A DNA stretch of 64,000 bases. It comes from a bacterium. GTDB lineage: Bacteria > Zhuqueibacterota > Zhuqueibacteria > Residuimicrobiales > Krinioviventaceae. Shown here one piece after another: positions 41,745-51,897 of this stretch. The stretch spans positions 544,001 to 608,000 of the forward strand of contig CAXXMD010000003.1 of NCBI GenBank assembly GCA_963675755.2, read 5' to 3'. The first letter of the stretch is position 1, and the number at the start of each line of letters is the position of its first letter. A program made the position numbers and the translations under genes. A model generated the notes under the pieces. The model worked only from the letters and a program-made list of their open reading frames with translations. It was not told where the DNA came from and did not search any database.

Positions 41745-44700
41745 TTAAAATTTTATATTATAATCTTTTTCTAATACTTGTTGTGTCTGATTTGTAATAC
41801 TATATATTTTATATTTAACTAAGAAAAATTTAATCTCTTTAATAAAATCCTGCATCCATTTTTTTTCATCATTATTGACTGCTATCTTCAATGCTTGAAT
41901 TGCACAACCGTATGCTTGAAAATATTTATCTTGTCTGGTTAATTCAATTACATTTTCACGTAGCATATTATAATCTATATCTTTATTTAAACCTGAAGAT
42001 GAAATCTCAATATATTGATCATATTGCTCATAATCATATTCACTATCTGAATTTTCATTTACAGCAATTCTAGCCAAAAACATCTTAAAATTATTTGAGA
42101 AGTCAGTGACAGGAAAATTTATATAATCCATTTTTTTCTTCCCATCAAATAAATACTCCTTTTCATTCAATAGAATTTTTTCATCATTATTTTCTAAACC
42201 ATATATTTTAATCTTATAACTACTTCCTTCAGGGCCACAAGCCTCACATTTGCCATTAATCATCCCATTAATTAAGTGGTTAATTATTTCAAAATTAAAA
42301 ATTTTTACATTATAAAAAATATTAAATGATTTAATTTCTAAAAGATCACCAGTTAATATTTTAATTGTATTATGATATTTTGTTATATAGGGCTTTATAT
42401 CTTCTAATGAGAATATATAAAGATTATTAATTAATTTTACTTTAGGCATATATCTAATTTCATTTACTTTTATAATAAAATCCGAAAATGATATTATTAG
42501 ACTAATATTTATTATATCATGAAAATATAAATCAAAAGGATCATTTATTACTTTGGAAACTTTATCAATTAATTTTACACCATATATCATTGGAGTATAT
42601 TCAATATTAAACTTAGTCTTTGGTAATTCGATTTTGTATTCATGATGATATTTATAATTATTATTGATCAATTGGTTATTATTAAAAATAATATTTAACC
42701 TTCCTGTTGAATCATTATTTTCATCAAATAAATCAACTTCAAACTCATTTTCATTTTCTTCAGTTACACATGCAAAAACAGTATCTCCTTCTAAAATATA
42801 GTCTGGATATTCAATTCTTAATTCTGGAAACACATAAAACCATTTTGTATCAAATTTTAAATCTACTGAACAAATAGAAATTTCAATACGTGAATTTCCC
42901 TTTTCTGGAGACCAAACAGGATCAATTATTTGTTGTAATTCAGTCCCGGTCAAATAATAACAACCTGATATTTTTTGAAAATTAATTTTCTGAAATGCAA
43001 TTTGATATGGATCTTCATCATTTACTATAATATTTAAATATAAATCTGATATTATACTTTCATCAAAGAAAGGAAAAAACTTTAATTCAAAATCATTTAT
43101 CCCTTTACCTTGGTAATTGTTAAAAATCAATCCTTCTGTTTCATAACTTTTAGTTTTGGTAAGTTGGATATTTATTTCCAACGGTTTATCAAAAATCCAA
43201 ATCAAATCATCAAAAACAAGTTTACAATAATCTGATTTATTTCTCCATCTAAGTAAAAAAATATTATAATCACCACAAGATTTTACTTTTTGAATACTTA
43301 AATTGTAAATTTGAATGTCATTAGTGCTTATTTTTTTATAGCAATATAGGATTAGTTCATTAGGTGCATATTTATGTGGCGTTTTTTCTTTTGTGGGAAA
43401 AATCTGATATGATGCAGGAGAAAAAAGCATCAATTTATCTAGAAAAAATTCATATTCAACCAATTTATAATTAATCCTAACTGGTTCTTCATTATTATCA
43501 ACAACAAATAGTCGATGATTGTCCGGAGATGGATTTTCAACATTAATTATTTCATCATTAATTTCGCCAACCCCATGTTTAAAGAGTTGTAATGGCATTT
43601 GAAATTCAGAGAAATCTGAATGAATTAATAGTTTTTGATTTGCCAGGTTCTCATTTTTAATTCGAAACTTTTTTATTTCTAAATATAAATTAGGTATTTT
43701 CTTTTTGTATGAACATTTCAAATTTACTCGAAATTTAAAATCATCTTTATCAACAATGGTTTCAATAATTTTTTTATTTGATGTTCTTATTATCAGTTTT
43801 TCAGCTGGTTGAATAACTTTAAAGAAAATATAACCTTTAAACAATCTCTGTGCATTGTAAAATTCACGTACTAAATCATTACGGTTTTTGGAATTAACCA
43901 TAACTGTTATAACAGATTCAGATTTTAATATTACAACATTTGATCCTTTAATTATTTTATCATAGGGAAGATCTTCAAGATCGTTTAATGTATATGCTGT
44001 AGAAGGTAAACACGTATACTTTGTTTCAGATATAGTATAAATACCATAACTTGGTTTATGATATTTATTATTTTTTTCAGATTTTCCTGAAGGAAGTTTT
44101 ATTTTTTCCCCTGGTGGTTGTTTTTGTATTAGTATTTTTAGTTTATAGGGATTTATAACACCAATTATACGTTTATAAAGATTAATTAATTGCCGTTTAT
44201 CTCTTAATATTGAAATTGGATCAATCCCAGTATTTAATATTATTTCATTTATATAATTGTCAATACAATCTGATAATATCTTATCAGAATTTTCAATATA
44301 CGAAAAAATCACTCCTAGCTTTTCAACTGTTAATGCAAAAGCAGTAGTATACTGTTCGATTTGATCAATTATTTCTCTTAAAAACTGAACGTCTTCTTTA
44401 GGTAAATCCCAAAAATCAATTTCATTGTTCTTTATATCTAGTATTAATTGTTCAATTTTTTCATAATCTCTAAAATAACGCCAATAAATTATAAAAAATC
44501 TGATTAAATCACCCGATCTGGATTTGGGAATTCCACTTTCAAGAATTAATGATTGAACAAATTCTCTTCTATTATAATTTTTGATTAATAGAATTCCAAT
44601 TTCATGAAATCCTACTTCCCAAAGATTATCATAAACATAAGAATCATGATCCCACCCTATATAACTTTTATATAAATTCCAAAAGTTCCCTGTAAATTCA

Positions 44701-45008
44701 TCTTTAATCATTTCACAAATCCCAGCAATTGCAACAAACCTTGCTTTAGTTAAAATGTCATTATCTAGTTGAAATTTTCGCCATTGCAGAGTTTTGTGAA
44801 TTCTTAACATCTCTATTTTTAAATCTTGTAAATCTAGTTCATCAAACTTAATTCGTTTTGGTAAAATTCGATTTAAACTTTTATATTCATCTTCTTTAGA
44901 ATTAATTTTTTTCTGGAGTACATTGTATTTTTCGCTAATTGCGTTTTTAAATTCCAAGTACGAGTCGTATACTTTTATCTTATTATTTTTCAAAACAAAC
45001 TCGATCAA
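41745..45008 (-). CDS. Large hypothetical protein (1087 aa) of the defence operon
   Basis: Long ORF; helical N-terminus with FW...RREFVQSLILESGIP and apparently beta-rich remainder; no catalytic motif recognised. Confidence 0.75.
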   Translation of the reverse strand: MIEFVLKNNKIKVYDSYLEFKNAISEKYNVLQKKINSKEDEYKSLNRILPKRIKFDELDLQDLKIEMLRIHKTLQWRKFQLDNDILTKARFVAIAGICEMIKDEFTGNFWNLYKSYIGWDHDSYVYDNLWEVGFHEIGILLIKNYNRREFVQSLILESGIPKSRSGDLIRFFIIYWRYFRDYEKIEQLILDIKNNEIDFWDLPKEDVQFLREIIDQIEQYTTAFALTVEKLGVIFSYIENSDKILSDCIDNYINEIILNTGIDPISILRDKRQLINLYKRIIGVINPYKLKILIQKQPPGEKIKLPSGKSEKNNKYHKPSYGIYTISETKYTCLPSTAYTLNDLEDLPYDKIIKGSNVVILKSESVITVMVNSKNRNDLVREFYNAQRLFKGYIFFKVIQPAEKLIIRTSNKKIIETIVDKDDFKFRVNLKCSYKKKIPNLYLEIKKFRIKNENLANQKLLIHSDFSEFQMPLQLFKHGVGEINDEIINVENPSPDNHRLFVVDNNEEPVRINYKLVEYEFFLDKLMLFSPASYQIFPTKEKTPHKYAPNELILYCYKKISTNDIQIYNLSIQKVKSCGDYNIFLLRWRNKSDYCKLVFDDLIWIFDKPLEINIQLTKTKSYETEGLIFNNYQGKGINDFELKFFPFFDESIISDLYLNIIVNDEDPYQIAFQKINFQKISGCYYLTGTELQQIIDPVWSPEKGNSRIEISICSVDLKFDTKWFYVFPELRIEYPDYILEGDTVFACVTEENENEFEVDLFDENNDSTGRLNIIFNNNQLINNNYKYHHEYKIELPKTKFNIEYTPMIYGVKLIDKVSKVINDPFDLYFHDIINISLIISFSDFIIKVNEIRYMPKVKLINNLYIFSLEDIKPYITKYHNTIKILTGDLLEIKSFNIFYNVKIFNFEIINHLINGMINGKCEACGPEGSSYKIKIYGLENNDEKILLNEKEYLFDGKKKMDYINFPVTDFSNNFKMFLARIAVNENSDSEYDYEQYDQYIEISSSGLNKDIDYNMLRENVIELTRQDKYFQAYGCAIQALKIAVNNDEKKWMQDFIKEIKFFLVKYKIYSITNQTQQVLEKDYNIKF

Positions 45009-45030
45009 TTAATAAATTAGTTAAATCATT

Positions 45031-46797
45031 TTAAAACTTGAATACATCAGAATTTGTAACCTTACCTTTTGATACAGTACTCATTCTTGTTCCGAAATCA
45101 CCAGCAAATCTTTCATAAGTAGTTTTTTCTTGAACAGATAAAAAAGTAATTAACATCATCCTTGCTCGTGTTAGTGCACAATAATGTAGTAATTGTGCTT
45201 CAACATCTTCCAGATTAAAAAAATCAAAAGCTATAACTATCTTCCTTTCTAATCCCTTAAAAGCTTGAAATGTACAAAAATCAATCACTTTGCTATTATC
45301 TATATTTTCTGTTAAATCATTGATTTTGTACCCAGAAATGTTACTAAGGATTGAAATTGATGACTTTTGAAGTTTATGACCTGAAAGAAGAATTATATCT
45401 TTTGGATTTACATTTTGATCCATTAATTTATTTATTTTTTTCTCTAATTTAGTTACTAAATCTTTACTATTTTCAACAAAATAATTTTCATAAAAACCTT
45501 CACTTGTAATTCCATCAAATGGAACTGTAATACCTGATATTAACGATGAATTTACTGCAACTTTTTTTGTATTGCGACAATTAATTGTTAAACTATAGTT
45601 TGCACAACCATAATCTTGTAATCTAGTTATAGCTTGTTCTTCGATTCCTTTAAAAATATTTTGTAAAGGATCGTAAAAAAAATGCCAAAATCCTTGATCT
45701 AATCCATTTTTAAGTGTTAGATCAAATGCATCAATAAAAAATTTTTTCAAAAGATCTTGGGCCTCATCTACAATTAACACATCAAAAGGTTCAAATTCGG
45801 ATTCTATTAATGCATCCATATAAATTGAAGGGAAATAATAATTAAAGTAATCACTATGATTTTTATATTCTTCCAAGATATTGCTTAGTCCAGCTTTTTT
45901 TATTGTAGAATAAAACCAATGATGAATTGATTCTACATACAAATTTTCCAAAGTATTATCATCTTTTAAAATTCCTTTTATATGATTTCCTAATAATCGA
46001 TTATAACATAGATATAGTACTTTTTTGCCCTTTTTAGCAAAATTAATTGCATTTTCAATAGCAAGTATTGTTTTACCAGTTCCTGCAGCTCCACAAATTA
46101 GTGTTCGTGGATTATTTTCGATCCTCTTGAGTATATTAATCTGTTCTCTGGTAAGTTCAATTTGATCTTGTTCAATACTAGTCAAATGACTATTTAATGT
46201 TAATGCAGTTCGAATTTCTGGTCTTAATTGATTACGAATACTTTCAATTTCTTTTTTATTTAATAAATGAGATTTTATCCCATGTTTAACTGAATAATTT
46301 CTTGTCCAAAACTCATTGAGAGAACGCAAATAATATACTAAACTTTCCTTAATTTTTGTTTTATCTAGCAAAACATTTAACTCAATTTCAGGACCTTCTT
46401 GATTGAAATATTCATCAGGCATTATTACACCATAACCAATCAACCAATTTTTTCTGTCATAATTATTTACCATAATATCTTTAATAGCATACATTGCTGT
46501 TTTAGCTTGTTCAAAAGGTCCTTCCTTTTTATTAAAAGTTCCATTTTTCCCTGTAAAAATCCACTCACCATTTCTACAAGAAACACCACCACCTTTGACT
46601 TCAATTACATATATTCCCAATTTAGAAATGATTACAAAATCACATTCTGCCCAAATTTTTTTATTATGATTTTTAAGTCCTAGTGAATGCAATACATATG
46701 TATCATCATCTAATTCTGATTTGAATCTATTAAATAATCTTTTTTCTGCCCTACTTTTTGTATTTTCACGGACAGAATTAGGAATCATTATTGCCAT
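45031..46797 (-). CDS. NERD nuclease fused to SF1 (UvrD-like) helicase
   Basis: ECDFVII...IEVKGG (NERD); GAAGTGKT, DEAQD, NCRNT, FKGLE, LTRAR. Confidence 0.88.
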   Translation of the reverse strand: MAIMIPNSVRENTKSRAEKRLFNRFKSELDDDTYVLHSLGLKNHNKKIWAECDFVIISKLGIYVIEVKGGGVSCRNGEWIFTGKNGTFNKKEGPFEQAKTAMYAIKDIMVNNYDRKNWLIGYGVIMPDEYFNQEGPEIELNVLLDKTKIKESLVYYLRSLNEFWTRNYSVKHGIKSHLLNKKEIESIRNQLRPEIRTALTLNSHLTSIEQDQIELTREQINILKRIENNPRTLICGAAGTGKTILAIENAINFAKKGKKVLYLCYNRLLGNHIKGILKDDNTLENLYVESIHHWFYSTIKKAGLSNILEEYKNHSDYFNYYFPSIYMDALIESEFEPFDVLIVDEAQDLLKKFFIDAFDLTLKNGLDQGFWHFFYDPLQNIFKGIEEQAITRLQDYGCANYSLTINCRNTKKVAVNSSLISGITVPFDGITSEGFYENYFVENSKDLVTKLEKKINKLMDQNVNPKDIILLSGHKLQKSSISILSNISGYKINDLTENIDNSKVIDFCTFQAFKGLERKIVIAFDFFNLEDVEAQLLHYCALTRARMMLITFLSVQEKTTYERFAGDFGTRMSTVSKGKVTNSDVFKF

Positions 46798-46815
46798 TAT
46801 ATAACCATTAAACTT

Positions 46816-48654
46816 TTATTCATTTATATCAAAAAAACCAGGAATCCGTTTAGTGCTTTCTGTCTCACTTGAACCAATTAGTAATACTCTATCTAATTCT
46901 CTATTAAATTTTTCACATGCAGTTTCTGGTAACAATAAACAATTATGACAACAAGCACCAATCAATCTTTCACCATTTGAATAAGGTTCAGTTTCACTAC
47001 ATACAGGATCATTTCCACACCACTGAGCATCCTGTATTGCCTTTTCAATTAAATTATTAATATTAGTTGATGTAGCAAGATTAACCAGACCTCCAAGAGT
47101 ACCGTCAGAGCCAGGTGTTGCTGTATAAATTAAAATTCCTGACATAACTGGTGTTGTTTCATCACCATCTGAGATATATAATCTTTCTCTTAAACTCGCC
47201 GATGAATATCCACAATCAAGTGCTAATCTCCTGATAAGAATATGTGATAATGAATGTATAAGCATTAATCGTGGAGTAATTCGATATGGAGGCTCAAGAT
47301 CATGCTTTTCTAAAAAATCTTCATTAAGTTTATTAATTAAATCAACTCTTTCATTAACATTTTCATTTTTAATCCAATTTTGTATTTCCTCTTCATTTAG
47401 TTTGAAAAAAATCCCTTCACCATGAATTTGAATAGCTGGTCTCCAATCAACAGGATTTTCAGCTATAGAACAAATCATTTTTTTATTTACTGCATCATTA
47501 ATGTTTTCAATAGCAACACCAAATGGTTGAATCCGGGAAAATCCACAATATGCACGAACTTCCCTTAAACGTTTTACTGCAGAAAATGATTGGAACCATT
47601 TTTTTAATCTGCCATCAATACTTATAGGATAATTTTCAAATTCATTATTTAAATCAAATGATGTTTCATTACATAGTGCTTCATATTCCTGATATCTTGC
47701 AGCACTTTCATCAACAAGAAACTCATCCGTATCAATTTTTGCCCTTCTTTTTGTCCATTCCACACCAACATCTGGATCGATTTCTGGATTATTTTTTATT
47801 AAAAAACTTCTAACTGCTGCATCTCTTACCGATTCATCAATTGAATTAATCCAATTCATTTCATTTTCTAGTATTTTTGCAATTGATTCAGAAGCTGGAG
47901 GTATTGATAACATTGAGGCGATAATGGGAAAGTGAACATTTGATCCACCTCGTTGTAAAGTATTTAATCGTTCACTACATCCTTCATGTGAATAATTCCA
48001 CGGTCGAGAACCTTTACACTTTAATCCCTTTAATGCATATGAATGAAAAATATCGTGAAGATCACGTGATTCTTTACAACTGCTACAATAAACAAACAAA
48101 TCTCCTAAAGAGGCTGTTTTACCTTTTGATTTTAAATACAATTTAGGATTATTACAATTCGAACCTTTTTTTGAATGTACCCAAAGGTACCAAGGAAATT
48201 CATCAATATGCCCCTTTGTGCAAGCTACAATAAATCTAACTGGAGTAACTGGTTTATCGCACTTAAGGCATTTTAATTTACCATCTGGCTCTTCTTCAAA
48301 AGGATCATTTGGTTTTCCCAATCGATTGCATTTTGGACATACATGCCATTTGGGAAATCGTGTACAAGGTATTGTCCACTCCCTTTTAACTTTATCGCCA
48401 TATTCACTAATATGCCCTTCTTTAGGAACTGGAATATTTCTAAATTCCTTCATCTTTAAAATCTTCTGTAATCTTGGTTCATAGATTAATAATGAGTCCT
48501 TTTCTTCTTTTGGGAGATTATTCCACAGCATTTCAAAATAATTAAGGCTTAATGGCATAAATGAACCATGGATAAAATCGATAATAGCTCCTGTTCCATA
48601 ATTAAATATTGCCTGAGATCTTCTTGAACTTCCAATTGTGAATTTAAATGACAT
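46816..48654 (-). CDS. drmB: DrmB-like DUF1998 helicase-associated protein
   Basis: RRSQAI, RFPKWHVCPKC, ACTKGHIDEFPW, GYSSASLRER, GTLGGL, WCGNDPVC, CHNCLLLPETACE.FN..LDR. Confidence 0.9.
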   Translation of the reverse strand: MSFKFTIGSSRRSQAIFNYGTGAIIDFIHGSFMPLSLNYFEMLWNNLPKEEKDSLLIYEPRLQKILKMKEFRNIPVPKEGHISEYGDKVKREWTIPCTRFPKWHVCPKCNRLGKPNDPFEEEPDGKLKCLKCDKPVTPVRFIVACTKGHIDEFPWYLWVHSKKGSNCNNPKLYLKSKGKTASLGDLFVYCSSCKESRDLHDIFHSYALKGLKCKGSRPWNYSHEGCSERLNTLQRGGSNVHFPIIASMLSIPPASESIAKILENEMNWINSIDESVRDAAVRSFLIKNNPEIDPDVGVEWTKRRAKIDTDEFLVDESAARYQEYEALCNETSFDLNNEFENYPISIDGRLKKWFQSFSAVKRLREVRAYCGFSRIQPFGVAIENINDAVNKKMICSIAENPVDWRPAIQIHGEGIFFKLNEEEIQNWIKNENVNERVDLINKLNEDFLEKHDLEPPYRITPRLMLIHSLSHILIRRLALDCGYSSASLRERLYISDGDETTPVMSGILIYTATPGSDGTLGGLVNLATSTNINNLIEKAIQDAQWCGNDPVCSETEPYSNGERLIGACCHNCLLLPETACEKFNRELDRVLLIGSSETESTKRIPGFFDINE

Positions 48655-48677
48655 TATATTTTACCTTTTGTTTTCAA

Positions 48678-51600
48678 TTATTTATCAAATAATGTAAAGT
48701 AAATAGATGGCTCAACATCTCTCATTGAATTAGGAGTCTGCCAAAAGTTATTATTGGAACCACTATCACAAAACTCCTCTGCGCTTCTCATTAAATGTGG
48801 ATATAAAGCTTTATTGTCAAAAGGTCGTCTAGTAGCCCAATATTCAAACCGTTGTCCAGACTCTCGATAATTTTCTGCTCTTCTTGCCCATTGTGTAATA
48901 ATATTTGATAATTCATTTGTAATTTCTTCTTTTGTAATATGAACTATACCAGAATTCATTGCTCTTTCTACTAACCATGATATAACCCTATCAATCTCAT
49001 TAAAATTTGATTTAAAATTTATTGCATCAAACCTATCATTTAATTCTGGGATACTATATCTTAAAATTGAAATTAATACCGCATGTAGTGCTTTATCTCT
49101 TGCCCGAGAAGACCATGGAGTTACACTAGTTGATTCTACTCTTCTATATAATGCCTGATGATAATTATAAAAGTGTTCATAATGGGACATATCCCGAGGG
49201 CGAGATGCATTATAAACTGTCAGAATTAATCCAGGAATTCCTCGTCCAATTCTTGATGTTGCTTGTATATATTCAGAAGTAGCTTTAGGTTGACCATTTA
49301 CAACCATTAATCCAAGTCGTGGAATATCTACCCCCACTGATATCATATTACTAGCTAAGATAGTATCAACAGGAGGATTTAAATCATCACTTAGTTTATT
49401 ATTTAATGTTTTCAATTTTTCTGGTATTTCTGTTGATGGTATTCTACTTGTTAATTCAACAGGTTCATATTGCAAATCCCGTTTATTACATTTTAAACGA
49501 TTAGAATAAAACAATATACTCTTTTGAACATCATCTCGCATCATTACACTTGCACCCCCTAGTTCTCTTAGACTATTAAAATATAATAAACTAGTCCAAT
49601 AAGGATCTATAGCATCAACATCATATTTGTCAGGATTTTCCATAAAGAATTTTGAAATTATTTGAAATGCAGCAATCACAGCTTGTAATGTAAATTTGGG
49701 ACTTCTTCCTCCTGAAGAGATACCAAGGTATGTTCTATCTGGAATTTTTTCATCAACAACTGCAAAGAATGAATTACTTGCATCCAAACCAGGTGGTGGA
49801 AACTGATGTACATCTCTATTAAATAGAGCTTTAACTTGTTGTTCAGCTCTACCAATAGTAGCAGTTGATCCAATAATTTTGGGAGGAATATTTTTAAATG
49901 TTGATAAATAGTCAATTGCAGATTCATAAATACCTGTAACAGTACCCAATGGACCAGATATTAAATGCAATTCATCCTGAATAATTAAGTCAGGTGGTAA
50001 TCCATCGGGTTTACCAAAAATCAATCCAAGATTATTGTTTCTTGGTAATTGGGCGAACTTATCAACAGTTCCAATTATTAAAGAAGGCAACTCTTTATAA
50101 ATCTCCTCATCAACTGTATGGATTGGTAAAGGTTCCCCTTTTGTAAAACACTTTTTATTTGAACATATTATTTTCATTTTATTTTCTTTTTCATCAATAT
50201 AATAATCACAAACTTTAAGATTTGTACTACATATCGGGCATTGTAAAATCAATCTGGGAGTTGAAGATGGTTTTTGTCCATTAAGTTCATCTTGTAAAAC
50301 TTTATACGCATTTAGTTTACGATTACTATCATGTAAATAATTTGGTGTAGCACTTTCTCCAACATACAAACCTATGGAAATTGGTAATGTCCCCAATTCA
50401 ATTGCATGTGCTTTTCTAATAAGATTTGCTGTACATATCATTTTAGCAGCTCTTTGAAACTGCTGCACTGTTAAAAGTCTTAATGTATAACGCATCAAAA
50501 CATCAACATGAGGTTTTATACTTTTTTCTTTTTCGTGCAATCTTCTGTAAAAAATAGTAAAAGCTGTTAAACCTAAATATGCTTCAGTTTTACCGCCACC
50601 TGTAGGAAACCATAATAAATCCATTAATTTTCTATCATCAGAGTCAGGATTTACAATTGATGGAATTGTTAATAATATAAAAGCGAGTTGGAATGGTCGC
50701 CATTTTAAGGGCTTTATATTTGAATATTCAGATTGTTTATTCATGGTTAAATTTGCATAATAAAATGCTTTATAGGCATTATCTGAAGTCTGAAGAATTT
50801 TAATACCATTCCTCATTCGTGAAAGTATTTTATCATTACAAAAATTTAAATTATTTGTAGCAAGTTCTTGGTATTTAATATCTAGCCCATCAATCTTTTG
50901 TTTCTCAGTTGTAATCCAAGCCTGATAAATATCACAAAATTTTTTCAATCCATCTAATACATGTATTCTATATTTCATGTCGGATAAAATAGATGTATTA
51001 AAAGGAGAAAAATCATCTAAAATTAAATCTTTCATACTTGGATGCCCCTCAGCAGTAAAAGAGAATACTTTTTGAGATGGTATCCATGATGTCCAAACAC
51101 TTTCCACTTCATTGTTGATTGGTGCATTCCACATTGAGGCAACTGCATGACCAACAGCAAATTCTTTTGAATCTCTATATAACAGATCGTTAACTTCTAA
51201 ATCAATACCTGGTATATTACGTGATATAATAGCAGAGTTTTTGGAACATTCTATTTCTAATTTAGTCTGGAATATACATCTCTCACCAAGTTCTTTCATT
51301 TCATCAGTTGATTTGTTAAGTAAACTTGCAGTAACAATGAGGTGATTATTAATTTCACGTTTTTTTACATATATCGACATATTATAATCAATAATTGAAT
51401 CCCCGGCAGGTGTTTCAAAAGTATTTTCCTCAAAAACAAATCTAGTGTCTGTGTTAGGTATATTTAAAGAATATTTAAATGGTTGTCTTTTCCAAATTGA
51501 ACAATTATCATTATTCTCACTACTAATTTCTTTTGTATATCGTGCTCCATATACAATTATTTTAAATGATGACTTGATATCTTTAAAAGTACATGTCAAA

Positions 51601-51878
51601 CCAATTGATGATGGTTTAAATACACTATATAATGGTGAAGTTACATCTTCAGAATCATCATCTTCAGCAGTTTGTAAATTTTCATCTTCTTCTGGTTTTA
51701 TAATTTGATGAGGTGGCCATAAGATACCAGTCAGGTAATAATCCTGAGGACCAGAGCCTTGCGGAAGTTGATCTAATGTCTCATATTCTTCAAATGGCCC
51801 CAATAGAAGTTTATTTAAAGTTCTAACAATATCATCTCTCGCCAACTGTTTTTTGGAATTCAAGCTTGAGTTGTTCAT
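48678..51878 (-). CDS. drmA: DrmA-like SF2 helicase
   Basis: WRPFQLAF, FPTGGGKTEAYLG, RYTLRLLT.QQFQR, TVDKFA, QDELHLISGPLG, YFNSLRELG, SVGVDIPRL, YIQATSRIGR; start moved to ATG 51878 after GGAG. Confidence 0.92.
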   Translation of the reverse strand: MNNSSLNSKKQLARDDIVRTLNKLLLGPFEEYETLDQLPQGSGPQDYYLTGILWPPHQIIKPEEDENLQTAEDDDSEDVTSPLYSVFKPSSIGLTCTFKDIKSSFKIIVYGARYTKEISSENNDNCSIWKRQPFKYSLNIPNTDTRFVFEENTFETPAGDSIIDYNMSIYVKKREINNHLIVTASLLNKSTDEMKELGERCIFQTKLEIECSKNSAIISRNIPGIDLEVNDLLYRDSKEFAVGHAVASMWNAPINNEVESVWTSWIPSQKVFSFTAEGHPSMKDLILDDFSPFNTSILSDMKYRIHVLDGLKKFCDIYQAWITTEKQKIDGLDIKYQELATNNLNFCNDKILSRMRNGIKILQTSDNAYKAFYYANLTMNKQSEYSNIKPLKWRPFQLAFILLTIPSIVNPDSDDRKLMDLLWFPTGGGKTEAYLGLTAFTIFYRRLHEKEKSIKPHVDVLMRYTLRLLTVQQFQRAAKMICTANLIRKAHAIELGTLPISIGLYVGESATPNYLHDSNRKLNAYKVLQDELNGQKPSSTPRLILQCPICSTNLKVCDYYIDEKENKMKIICSNKKCFTKGEPLPIHTVDEEIYKELPSLIIGTVDKFAQLPRNNNLGLIFGKPDGLPPDLIIQDELHLISGPLGTVTGIYESAIDYLSTFKNIPPKIIGSTATIGRAEQQVKALFNRDVHQFPPPGLDASNSFFAVVDEKIPDRTYLGISSGGRSPKFTLQAVIAAFQIISKFFMENPDKYDVDAIDPYWTSLLYFNSLRELGGASVMMRDDVQKSILFYSNRLKCNKRDLQYEPVELTSRIPSTEIPEKLKTLNNKLSDDLNPPVDTILASNMISVGVDIPRLGLMVVNGQPKATSEYIQATSRIGRGIPGLILTVYNASRPRDMSHYEHFYNYHQALYRRVESTSVTPWSSRARDKALHAVLISILRYSIPELNDRFDAINFKSNFNEIDRVISWLVERAMNSGIVHITKEEITNELSNIITQWARRAENYRESGQRFEYWATRRPFDNKALYPHLMRSAEEFCDSGSNNNFWQTPNSMRDVEPSIYFTLFDK

Positions 51879-51897
51879 TATAACTCCAATCTGGAAA

